From Planctomycetota bacterium (lineage in GTDB: Bacteria > Planctomycetota > Planctomycetia > Pirellulales > Lacipirellulaceae), in the NCBI GenBank assembly GCA_039190745.1, contig JBCCXZ010000041.1, forward strand, positions 1-34,749: DNA of 34,749 bases, written 5' to 3'. Positions 1 through 7,838 of this stretch are shown here, piece after piece. A program made the translations under genes and the position numbers. Under the pieces are notes generated by a model. That model had not been told where the DNA came from, did not search any database, and saw only the letters and a list, made by a program, of their open reading frames with translations. How positions within the stretch are numbered: the stretch's first letter is position 1; each line of letters starts with the position of its first letter.

Positions 1-15
1 CTTGAGCACCCCTGC

Positions 16-2007
16 TCAGCCTGCCATGTCTTCGCCGTTCGCAATCATCAAGCTCAGTTGCTCAAGCTCGCGGTCGAAGCCGCCGGAGAGGATCGGGAAG
101 CGGCACCACGTCTTGGGGTCGAGGTTTTCGTCGTCCAAGTGGAACGACGGGGCGTACCGTTCACGCTTCCACTGGTTGCGGCACCAGAGCCGGAAGAACC
201 GTTCGACCCACGCGGCGACCTGCGGCCTGGTGTGAGCGGGGAACTCGTTGCAGGTGCGTTCGAACACCGCCAACGGCATCAGTTTGTCGCGGATCGCGGC
301 CCGCTCGATCGCGTCTAGCACGTCGTATGGCATCAGGTCTGCTTCGTCGGTCTGACCGGCGTCGGCGGGGCGGAGTTCGGCGGTTGGTTGCTGCGAGTTC
401 ACCGCCGCGAGCGCCGGCAGCGGACCGATCCCGGTCGGGCCGGTGGTTTCCATCCAGCGGAGCCACTCCCGGAGGAAGGCCTTGTCGATCCCAGCGATCG
501 GCGAGAGCCCGCCGCAGGTGTCGCCGTCCATCGTGGCGTAACCGACCGCCGCCTCGCTGCGGTTGCTGGTGGCCAGCAGCAGCGACCCGGTGAGGTTGGC
601 TAGCAGCCAGGCCCCGGGCCCGCGTGCCCGTGCCTGGATATTCTGCAGGGCGAGGTCGTCGGCTTCCCAACTCAGCGGTCGGCCCACAGCCTTGGCGACC
701 GTCTCCACGTAGCCGTCTACAAACGGGTCGACGCCCCAACAAAGAAACTCCGTCCCCACCGCTTCGGCAACTTGGCGGGCCGCGTTTTCTGTGGTCTCGC
801 TGCTGTTCCTGGTCGCTTGATAGACGCACCGCAAGAGCCGACCCACAAGCTCATCCGGATCGGTGGCCGCTCCAATGCTCTCTATATGGGCTAACTTCTG
901 TTTAAGCCCTACAAGGCCGAGCTCGTTGACCCCTAGGCGGACCATCAGCCAGACCAAAACGGCGACCGCCGACGAATCGGCTCCGCCGCTCAGCGAGACG
1001 ACGAACCCGCCGGCCCGGCTCTTCCGCAGGTAGTCCAGCAACGCCAAGGGGACCGCGCGGCTGAACTCCTCGTACTTAGAGGCCGGGGATACGTCCCAAC
1101 CGCTCGCGACCAACGTCGGGGGGGCAGCGACTCGCTCGGGGGGCCTCCAGTTGGTCGACTCCACCACGCCCTCATTGCGTGCGGAGTGCTCTACCACCTC
1201 GATGTCGGCTACGGTCAGCACACGCTCCGCCATCGACAGCCGTTCCGAACCGACGATCTCGCCGCCTGCGGCGATCATCGACCCGCCGTCAAAAATAGCG
1301 CGGCCCGATTCATTACCCAGCAGGTTGCTGTAGACGAACGGTACGCCCAGGTCGACGGCCGCCTCCCGCGCGATGGAGCGGCGGACCTCGTGCTTGCCGA
1401 AGGCGAAGTGACTCGCGCTGGGGTTAAGCAACAGGTTGGCCCCGCGCCCGACAAACCTTCGCCCCGGACGATCCGGTTTCCATGCGTCGCGGCAGATCTC
1501 CACGCCGACCCGCACCGGGCCAAACTCGAACAGCAGGTCGCCCGCCGAGACGCGCTCGCCCGCGACCTCCACCTGCTCGACCCGGTCACGCGACCAGGGC
1601 GTGAACCACCGCGGCTCGTAGTGGATGCCGTCGCCGGCAAGGTACTGCTTGCAGGCAAACCCCAGCAACCGCCCATCCACACAAACGGCCGCGGCATTGT
1701 AGAGGGCTCCATCAACTTCCAGGGGCAAGCCGACACACACGGCGATGCTCTGTGTTTTGCCGACCACCGCGGCCAGCATCTCCAGCGAGGTCTCGGGGAT
1801 GCCTTCGGAGCAGAACATGTCCTCGCAGCCGTAGCCGCTGATCGCGAGTTCCGGCAAACAGAGCACCGCGGCGCCGGCTTCGCGGGCGTCGTCGATCGCC
1901 GCGACGATATTTTGAAGATTGGACTCCCAGGCGAAGGGCGTCTGATTCAAAGCGGCGGCGGCAACACGGACGAGCGGCATGCCTGCAGTATCCGCACGCG
2001 GACTCAC
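16..2007 (-). CDS. nadE: Glutamine-dependent NAD+ synthetase
   Basis: N-terminal nitrilase/CN-hydrolase domain (LPELAISGY, KQYL..YEPRWF, EIC). C-terminal NAD synthase domain with SLSGGADS, QNIQAR, TSNRSE..VGYATMDGD, PTAEL and QWKR. Start is either GTG 2007 (overlaps the cinA stop) or ATG 1980. Confidence 0.95.
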   Translation of the reverse strand: MSPRADTAGMPLVRVAAAALNQTPFAWESNLQNIVAAIDDAREAGAAVLCLPELAISGYGCEDMFCSEGIPETSLEMLAAVVGKTQSIAVCVGLPLEVDGALYNAAAVCVDGRLLGFACKQYLAGDGIHYEPRWFTPWSRDRVEQVEVAGERVSAGDLLFEFGPVRVGVEICRDAWKPDRPGRRFVGRGANLLLNPSASHFAFGKHEVRRSIAREAAVDLGVPFVYSNLLGNESGRAIFDGGSMIAAGGEIVGSERLSMAERVLTVADIEVVEHSARNEGVVESTNWRPPERVAAPPTLVASGWDVSPASKYEEFSRAVPLALLDYLRKSRAGGFVVSLSGGADSSAVAVLVWLMVRLGVNELGLVGLKQKLAHIESIGAATDPDELVGRLLRCVYQATRNSSETTENAARQVAEAVGTEFLCWGVDPFVDGYVETVAKAVGRPLSWEADDLALQNIQARARGPGAWLLANLTGSLLLATSNRSEAAVGYATMDGDTCGGLSPIAGIDKAFLREWLRWMETTGPTGIGPLPALAAVNSQQPTAELRPADAGQTDEADLMPYDVLDAIERAAIRDKLMPLAVFERTCNEFPAHTRPQVAAWVERFFRLWCRNQWKRERYAPSFHLDDENLDPKTWCRFPILSGGFDRELEQLSLMIANGEDMAG

Positions 2008-3239
2008 GCCTTCAACAGCAGCAGCCTCAGCGCATTGAGGGCCTGCTTCGCACTGCGGCTTTCAAGGATCGACGGGTGTGAGCCGCACGAGAAACGCAGC
2101 TTGTGCGTCCGATCGGGCCCGGCCACGGCGATGCAGAGGCGATCCTCTGGCTTGGCGACCGACTGGGGGTACGCCGCGATGCCAAGCCCGTAAGTAGCGC
2201 CGCTCTGCTTGCGGACCCCTTCAGCCAAGGCAACGGCCGTGCCGGCGTCTTCCGGCTCGAACCCCTCAATCGAGACGGGCAGCAGCCGCTGGAACTGGCG
2301 TGCAGAACTGCCGCTGACAAACCCCAGGCAGGCCGAATCCGCATGCGGCGCCAACGCGAGCCGGCGGCCCACGAGCCCGGCCGTGGCCCACTCGGCGACG
2401 GCGACTGTTTCGCCGCGGTGGTGCAGCAGCTTCGCCACGGCGTGTTCCAACTCGTCGTCTTCCACACCAAAGACGAGGTCCCCCAGCTTCTCGCGGATCA
2501 AGTCTTCGGTCGGCACAATGCTCGCCCGGGCTGCTGCCTCGTCCTGCCCGCTAGCCGTGATCCTCAGCGTGATCGTGGCGGAGCTGACCGTGATGCCCAC
2601 GATCGGCTCCCGCTGACGAGCGATCAGGTCCGGGACCATCGCTTCGAGCTGGCTTTCGCCGGCTCCGAAACACTTGATCCGACGGTGGACGGTAACCCGT
2701 GGCGTCGGCTGCGCCGATGTAATCGCGGGGGCCACGCTCTCTTCCCACATCGCACGCATCTCGTAGGGCACCCCCGGCAACGCAAACACCAGGCACGGCA
2801 AGCAGCAAGGCCGGGCGATGCGCATTTCAATGCCCGGTGCCGTGCCGTGTTCGTTGGGGATGGGCGTCGAGCCTTCAGGGAACATCGCCTGCACGCGGTT
2901 CCGCTCGACCATCTCGCGGCCCCGCAATTCGAAGAGCCGGCGGATATGCGCGAAGCTCGGCTCGTGGAACTCGAGCTGCGTGCCCGTCGCCGTGGCGATC
3001 GCGTCGCGGGTAAGGTCGTCCGCCGTGGGGCCGAGCCCGCCGGTGCAGACGACAACGTCGGCCCGGTCGATCGCCGCGCGGAACGCCGCCGTGTTATCGG
3101 CCAGCCGGTCGCCGATCGTCGTGTGGAACGCCACTTCGACGCCCAGGTCGGTGAGCCGTTCGCTCAGCCACTGGGTGTTGGTGTCGAGCCGCTGGCCGGT
3201 AGTCAGCTCGTCGCCGATCGCGATGACTTCTGCACGCAT
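2004..3239 (-). CDS. cinA: CinA-family protein (COG1058/MoCF domain plus degenerate PncC domain)
   Basis: MRAEVIAIGDEL..G..LDTN, TGGLGPTADDLT, N..GTAPG, LPGVP.EM and GAGES motifs. Start placed at ATG 3239 by family pattern. The C-terminal domain has AEWATAG in place of AESCTGG. Confidence 0.9.
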   Translation of the reverse strand: MRAEVIAIGDELTTGQRLDTNTQWLSERLTDLGVEVAFHTTIGDRLADNTAAFRAAIDRADVVVCTGGLGPTADDLTRDAIATATGTQLEFHEPSFAHIRRLFELRGREMVERNRVQAMFPEGSTPIPNEHGTAPGIEMRIARPCCLPCLVFALPGVPYEMRAMWEESVAPAITSAQPTPRVTVHRRIKCFGAGESQLEAMVPDLIARQREPIVGITVSSATITLRITASGQDEAAARASIVPTEDLIREKLGDLVFGVEDDELEHAVAKLLHHRGETVAVAEWATAGLVGRRLALAPHADSACLGFVSGSSARQFQRLLPVSIEGFEPEDAGTAVALAEGVRKQSGATYGLGIAAYPQSVAKPEDRLCIAVAGPDRTHKLRFSCGSHPSILESRSAKQALNALRLLLLKA

Positions 3240-3296
3240 GACAAGAGTGTCGCCCACTCAGCCGGCTTGCGGAAGGGCGGGTAGGCGTAAGGCGGC

Positions 3297-3917
3297 TCAC
3301 TTGGCGATGTGCACGCCAAAACCCACCCTGGGACGCCTGTGGTGCCCCGCGTGGTAGTGAAAGCGGGGCCCGCAGTAAGGGGCGCTATAGTGGTACTCTT
3401 CAACGATCACCGGCTGACGTTGGGCGACCGCGACCGGTGCGGGAGGGTTCTGCAGCTCTTGGATCACCTCGGTGGCCACGCCCTGGTTGTGCAGGGCGAT
3501 CACGTCGCTCGCGCTGATCGGCCCCGCGAAGCCCGACGTACGGACGTAGTTGCGGATGAGCTGGGTGTCCACGCCGGCGCGGGTCATGTTGACCACTTCG
3601 CCGACCGTCGCGGCGCCGGCTTGGACTTGGCGGCCCAGCTGGGCTTGGATTTCGGCCCGGTTCTGTGCGGCCACGTCGTCGAGCCCTTGCCCGACGGCGG
3701 CGCCGGTCAGCGCACCGAGCCCGGCGCCGATGGCCACACCAGCGCCCGTATTGCCCACCGCGTCACCAATGATCGCACCGGTCCCCGCCCCAGCGAGCGC
3801 CCCCAGTCCTGCGCCGCGGTCGGCGTAGTACGGCGAACGGCAGCCCGTTCCCAGAGCGATACTCGATAGTGCCGCTACGGAAAGCCAAGCGGTCGGACTC
3901 AGAGTGGTTCTGCGCAT
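3297..3917 (-). CDS. Glycine-zipper lipoprotein
   Basis: Signal peptide ending LGTG-C (lipobox-like), then GAGLGALAGAGTGAIIG...GAGLGALTGAAVG glycine zipper. Confidence 0.75.
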   Translation of the reverse strand: MRRTTLSPTAWLSVAALSSIALGTGCRSPYYADRGAGLGALAGAGTGAIIGDAVGNTGAGVAIGAGLGALTGAAVGQGLDDVAAQNRAEIQAQLGRQVQAGAATVGEVVNMTRAGVDTQLIRNYVRTSGFAGPISASDVIALHNQGVATEVIQELQNPPAPVAVAQRQPVIVEEYHYSAPYCGPRFHYHAGHHRRPRVGFGVHIAK

Positions 3918-4000
3918 CGGCGGGACCTCAAATGCGGGAGGGCAGGGCGGCGAATGCTCCCAGCTGACCTGGGAACGGTCAAGGCGAACCGGCTTGACGC

Positions 4001-4029
4001 TTGCATCCGACCGCCCAGCAACGTAGGAT
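4001..4029 (+). promoter_or_regulatory. Putative sigma70-type promoter for the Met/Cys operon
   Basis: TTGCAT (4001-4006), 17 bp spacer, TAGGAT (4024-4029). Transcription start would fall near 4036. Confidence 0.45.
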
Positions 4030-4036
4030 TAAAGCA

Positions 4037-4078
4037 CTCGGGATTTGTGGCCGCTTGCAGCCGGACTGCTAAAGAGCC
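4037..4078 (+). ncRNA. Candidate SAM-II-like riboswitch aptamer (variant or degenerate)
   Basis: GATTTG (4042-47), GCTTGCAGCC (4053-62) and GCTAAAGAG (4068-76) occur in the order I recall from the SAM-II consensus, upstream of Met biosynthesis genes. P1 is weak and the A-rich linker is short. Confidence 0.35.
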
Positions 4079-4091
4079 AATTCTGCCGCGT

Positions 4092-4133
4092 ATGTGCTTC
4101 CTCAGGACGCCTCCGCCGGCGGGATTCATCTAA
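4092..4133 (+). CDS. Putative leader peptide MCFLRTPPPAGFI
   Basis: ATG...TAA ORF encoding 13 aa, ending 17 nt before a terminator hairpin. No strong SD. Confidence 0.3.
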   Translation: MCFLRTPPPAGFI

Positions 4134-4150
4134 TAGCGAGAAAGCCGCCG

Positions 4151-4185
4151 CCGCATGTGCCGAGAGCATTTGCGGTTTTTTTTTT
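4151..4185 (+). terminator. Intrinsic terminator (attenuator) in the Met operon leader
   Basis: CCGCATGTGC-CGAGA-GCATTTGCGG hairpin followed by T10, about 50 nt upstream of the CDS on the same strand. Confidence 0.65.
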
Positions 4186-4234
4186 GGCCCGCGTCAGCAT
4201 GCGGGTAGCTAGCACTAACGTCAGGCGGCGTGCC

Positions 4235-5497
4235 ATGAGTCAGGTCAGAATGCCCGAGAGTTCCCCGAGCGAAGGCTCCTCCCCGACCAACAAGCCCGTG
4301 AGCCCGGCCTCCGGCCAAGCGAGCATGGCGGAGAACGTCTCGACCGTGGCGGTCCACGCCGGGGAGGCGCGTCAGAAACCCGGCGACTCGATCACCGACC
4401 CGATCTTCTGCGCCTCCACCTACACGTTCACCGACACGCAGGCGGTGATCGACTTTATCGAGCAGGAGGAGCCCCGCGAGGAGTACGGCCGCTACGGCAA
4501 CCCGGGCGAACGGGTGGTCGAACGCAAGCTCGCGGCGCTCGAAGGCGGCGAAGAGGGCATCCTCTTTTCAAGCGGTATGGCGGCCATCGTAGGGCTTTTT
4601 ATGGCCAAGCTGAACGCCGGCGACGAGGTGATCTTCTTCGACGAGTGCTACCACCGCAGCCGCGAGTTCTGCATTAAGCACCTCTCCCGTTTTGGCGTGA
4701 CCACCAAGCAGGTCAAGACCGGCGACTACGCCGCGATGGAAGCGGCCATCACGCCCAACACGCGCATGCTGGTGAGCGAGTCGCCCACCAACCCACACCT
4801 GAGTTGCATCGACCTCGAACGGTTCGTCGACATCGGCCGCCGCAGCGGCGTCGAGACCATGATCGACGCGACGCTCGCCACGCCGTACAACCTGCGGCCG
4901 ATCGAGGCGGGCGTCGACTACGTTACCCACTCGGCAACCAAGTACCTCGGCGGGCACAACGACCTGCTCGCCGGCGTTGTGATCGGTTCCAGCGAGCAAC
5001 TCGAAACGGTCCGCAACCTCCGCGGCATCATGGGCGGCGTGATCGGCCCTCAGAACGTGTACCTGCTTGCCCGAGGACTCAAGACGTTCGAGCTGCGGAT
5101 GCAGCGGCACAACGAAAACGGCCAGCGGGTCGCCGAGTTCTTGGAGAGCCACCCCCGCGTCGAGCGGGTCTACTACCCGGGACTCGCGTCGCACCCCTAC
5201 CACGAGCAGGCCAAGCAGTACATGCGCGGCTATGGCGGGCTGGTGACGTTCCTGGTGAAGGACGCCGACTGGCGGGCCACGGCCAATGTGGTCGATGCTT
5301 CCCGCGTAGCGCGGATCGCTCCTAGCCTCGGCGGGGTCGAGACGCTCATCGAGCAGCCGCTTGTGATGAGCTACTATCAGTGCACGCCCGAACAACGCGA
5401 GGAGTACGGGATCTACGACAACATGATCCGCATCGCCTGCGGCATCGAGAACCCGGACGACCTGGTCGCCGACCTGGAACAAGCCTTGGAGAAGTAA
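4235..5497 (+). CDS. metB: Cystathionine gamma-synthase (plant-type-like), Cys/Met metabolism PLP enzyme
   Basis: YGRYGNP, FSSGMAA, ESPTNP, DATLATP, HSATKYLGGHND (PLP lysine), RGLKT and IAPSLGG..LIEQP..MSY. Start uncertain (ATG 4235 or 4325). Confidence 0.8.
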   Translation: MSQVRMPESSPSEGSSPTNKPVSPASGQASMAENVSTVAVHAGEARQKPGDSITDPIFCASTYTFTDTQAVIDFIEQEEPREEYGRYGNPGERVVERKLAALEGGEEGILFSSGMAAIVGLFMAKLNAGDEVIFFDECYHRSREFCIKHLSRFGVTTKQVKTGDYAAMEAAITPNTRMLVSESPTNPHLSCIDLERFVDIGRRSGVETMIDATLATPYNLRPIEAGVDYVTHSATKYLGGHNDLLAGVVIGSSEQLETVRNLRGIMGGVIGPQNVYLLARGLKTFELRMQRHNENGQRVAEFLESHPRVERVYYPGLASHPYHEQAKQYMRGYGGLVTFLVKDADWRATANVVDASRVARIAPSLGGVETLIEQPLVMSYYQCTPEQREEYGIYDNMIRIACGIENPDDLVADLEQALEK

Positions 5498-5557
5498 GGA
5501 GTGGGAGTCGGGAGTGGGAGCCTTTCTCCCTCCCAGCGACTCCCCACTCCCATTCCC
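5498..5557. repeat. Intergenic GGGAGT-unit imperfect palindrome (long hairpin)
   Basis: GGAGTGGGAGTCG (5498-5510) pairs with CGACTCCCCACTCC (5537-5550). Inner GGAGTGGGAG pairs with CTCCCTCC. Confidence 0.7.
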
Positions 5558-5563
5558 ACACCC

Positions 5564-6715
5564 ATGCACTTCCGCACCCGAGCGATCCACGTCGGTAATG
5601 AGCGAGACCCGCAGACGGGGGCGGTCGTGCCGCCGCTGCACCTGGCTTCGACGTTCGTGCAGCCCGGCGCCGGCGACTGGGGGGAGTTCGACTACTCCCG
5701 CAGCGGCAACCCAACCCGCAAAGGCTTGGAAGACACCGTCGCCTCGCTCGAAGGCGGCTGCGGGGCCCTCGCGTTCGCCAGCGGCATGGCCGCCACGCAC
5801 TGCGTCATGGGGCTGCTCCACAGCGGCGACCACGTGGTGGCCGGCTCCGACATCTACGGCGGCACCTACCGGCTGCTGCACAAAGTGTGCAACCGCGCCG
5901 GCGTCACCGTCTCGCTGGTTGATACCACCGATCCCGAGAACCTCCGCGGGGCGATCACCGAAAACACCAAGCTCGTCTGGATCGAGAGCCCCGGCAACCC
6001 GCGGATGACAGTTACCGACATCGCCGCCTGCGCCGAGATCGCGCACCAGGGCGGGGCGCGGTTGGGCGTCGACAGCACGTTCGCCCCGCCGGTGCTGACC
6101 CGGCCGCTACAGTTGGGCGCCGACATCGTCATGCACTCGGCCACCAAGTACCTCGGCGGGCACAGCGACCTGATGGGCGGCGTCCTCGCGGTCCGCGAAG
6201 CTGAACTTTACGACGAACTCTACTTCGTGCAGAACGCCACTGGCGCCATCATGGGGCCGCTTGAGGCTTTCCTGTGCCAGCGGGGTATCAAAACACTCGA
6301 ACTCCGCGTGCGTGAACAGAGCAGAACCGCATTGGCGCTCGCCGACTGGCTCGCCGGGCACAACCGGGTCGCCCGTGTCCTCTACCCCGGCCTGCCGACG
6401 CACCCGGGGCACGACGTGGCCGCCCGGCAGATGGACGGCGCCTTCGGCCCGATGCTCTCCTTCGAGATGCGGGGCGACTACGCGCAGACGAAGCGGTTCG
6501 TTGAGTCGACCCGCCTCTTCCAACTAGCCGTCAGCTTGGGGGCCGTCGAGTCGCTCATCGAACAGCCCGCGTCGATGTCGCACGCCAGCTACGACGCCGC
6601 CGACCGCGCGAAGCATGGCATCACCGACGGGCTGATCCGCCTCTCGGTCGGCCTCGAAGCGGTGGAGGACCTCCAAGAGGATTTGGAGCAGGCGTTCACC
6701 GCGGCTTCCGATTGA
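5564..6715 (+). CDS. Cystathionine beta/gamma-lyase family (trans-sulfuration PLP enzyme)
   Basis: MHFRTRAIH, YSRSGNPTR, FASGMAA, DIYGGTYR, ESPGNP, HSATKYLGGHSD, SLGAVESL and LIRLSVGLE. ATG 5564. Confidence 0.88.
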   Translation: MHFRTRAIHVGNERDPQTGAVVPPLHLASTFVQPGAGDWGEFDYSRSGNPTRKGLEDTVASLEGGCGALAFASGMAATHCVMGLLHSGDHVVAGSDIYGGTYRLLHKVCNRAGVTVSLVDTTDPENLRGAITENTKLVWIESPGNPRMTVTDIAACAEIAHQGGARLGVDSTFAPPVLTRPLQLGADIVMHSATKYLGGHSDLMGGVLAVREAELYDELYFVQNATGAIMGPLEAFLCQRGIKTLELRVREQSRTALALADWLAGHNRVARVLYPGLPTHPGHDVAARQMDGAFGPMLSFEMRGDYAQTKRFVESTRLFQLAVSLGAVESLIEQPASMSHASYDAADRAKHGITDGLIRLSVGLEAVEDLQEDLEQAFTAASD

Positions 6716-6719
6716 TCCC

Positions 6720-6877
6720 ACCGCATAGGACGCGGAGTTCGCAGAGACTAAGTAGGAGAGGTTGTTGGGCTGTGGGCGGCCTCTCTGAGGCCGATAACGT
6801 GTTCTAATGGAGAGCGTAATCGGGCTCAGAGAGCCCTCCCACAATACTCCGTTGTCTTCCTCCGCGTACTCTGCGGT
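6720..6877. repeat. Nested REP/REPIN-like palindromic element
   Basis: Outer IR 6720-6737 / 6860-6877 (16/18 match). Inner IR 6771-6795 / 6819-6843 (22/25 match); each inner arm starts TGTGG and contains its own 6-bp hairpin. Confidence 0.75.
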
Positions 6878-6900
6878 TCTTCCAACGTAGGAACTAGACT

Positions 6901-7821
6901 ATGCAGCTCGGATTCGTCTCAGCCCTCCTAGGCGATCTTACCCTCGACGAAGTGCTCGGCCACGCCGCCGATCTTGGCTACGACTGCGTCGAGGTCATGT
7001 GCTGGCCGCCCGGCGGGCCCGACCGCGCCTACGGCGGCGTCATGCACATCGACTGCACCGAATTCACCCAGGCGCAAGCCGACGACGTGCACGCCCTGTG
7101 CGACAAGCACGGCGTGGGTATCTCGGCCCTCGGCTACTACTCCGTACCGCTCTCGGCCGACGCCGCGCAGGCCGAGGCCGCCCAGGCCCACATCCGTAAG
7201 GTAATCGACGCGACCCAACTTCTGGGCATGACGAACTTCAACTCGTTCGTCGGAGCCAACCAGAACCTTCCGCTTGAGGACAACCTCCGCTTGTTCGAAC
7301 AGGTGTGGCCGGATATCGTCCGCTACGCCGAAGACCGCGGCGTGCGGATCGGCATCGAGAATTGCCCGATGCTCTACCCCAACACGTGGCCCTTCGGGCT
7401 GAACCTCGCCCGCACCCCGGCGATCTGGCGCCGCATGTTCGACAAGATCCCCTCGGACCACTTCGGGCTGAACTACGACCCGTCGCACCTGCGGATGCAG
7501 TTGATCGACCCCATCAAGCCGATCGAGGAGTTCGGCTCGAGGATCTTCCACACCCACGCCAAAGACATGCGCATCGACTCCGACCGGCTGAACGACTTCG
7601 GCTCGCTTGTCCCGCCGATGGACCGCGCCACCGCGAAGATCCCCGGCCTGGGCGATATCGACTGGGCCCGGTGGATCGCCGCGCTTACCGACGTGGGCTA
7701 CGACGGCCCGGTGTGCGTCGAGGTCGAGGACGAGGCCTTCGAGGGCCCGGTCGAGCGCCGGTTAAAATCGCTCGAGATCAGCCACAGCGTGCTCAGGCCG
7801 CTCGTGGGCAGCGAGACCTGA
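6901..7821 (+). CDS. Sugar-phosphate isomerase/epimerase (xylose-isomerase-like TIM barrel)
   Basis: GYDCVE, IGIENCPM, GLNYDPSH, IFHTHAKD, PGLGDIDW and GYDGPVCVEVED metal-binding motifs. Confidence 0.85.
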   Translation: MQLGFVSALLGDLTLDEVLGHAADLGYDCVEVMCWPPGGPDRAYGGVMHIDCTEFTQAQADDVHALCDKHGVGISALGYYSVPLSADAAQAEAAQAHIRKVIDATQLLGMTNFNSFVGANQNLPLEDNLRLFEQVWPDIVRYAEDRGVRIGIENCPMLYPNTWPFGLNLARTPAIWRRMFDKIPSDHFGLNYDPSHLRMQLIDPIKPIEEFGSRIFHTHAKDMRIDSDRLNDFGSLVPPMDRATAKIPGLGDIDWARWIAALTDVGYDGPVCVEVEDEAFEGPVERRLKSLEISHSVLRPLVGSET

Positions 7822-7838
7822 CGAGAGCCGGCGTGCCT

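Noticed and set aside
3297..3917. Glycine-zipper protein as a contact-dependent bacteriocin
   Set aside because: It has a lipoprotein signal and no adjacent T1SS or immunity gene, which fits an ordinary envelope lipoprotein.
4568..6046. Long antisense and alternate-frame ORFs (492 aa here; also 12414-13523, 18857-20149, 24209-25651, 29805-31055, 33344-34390)
   Set aside because: They are shadows of well-supported genes in GC-rich DNA, have no recognisable motifs, and some cross intergenic hairpins.
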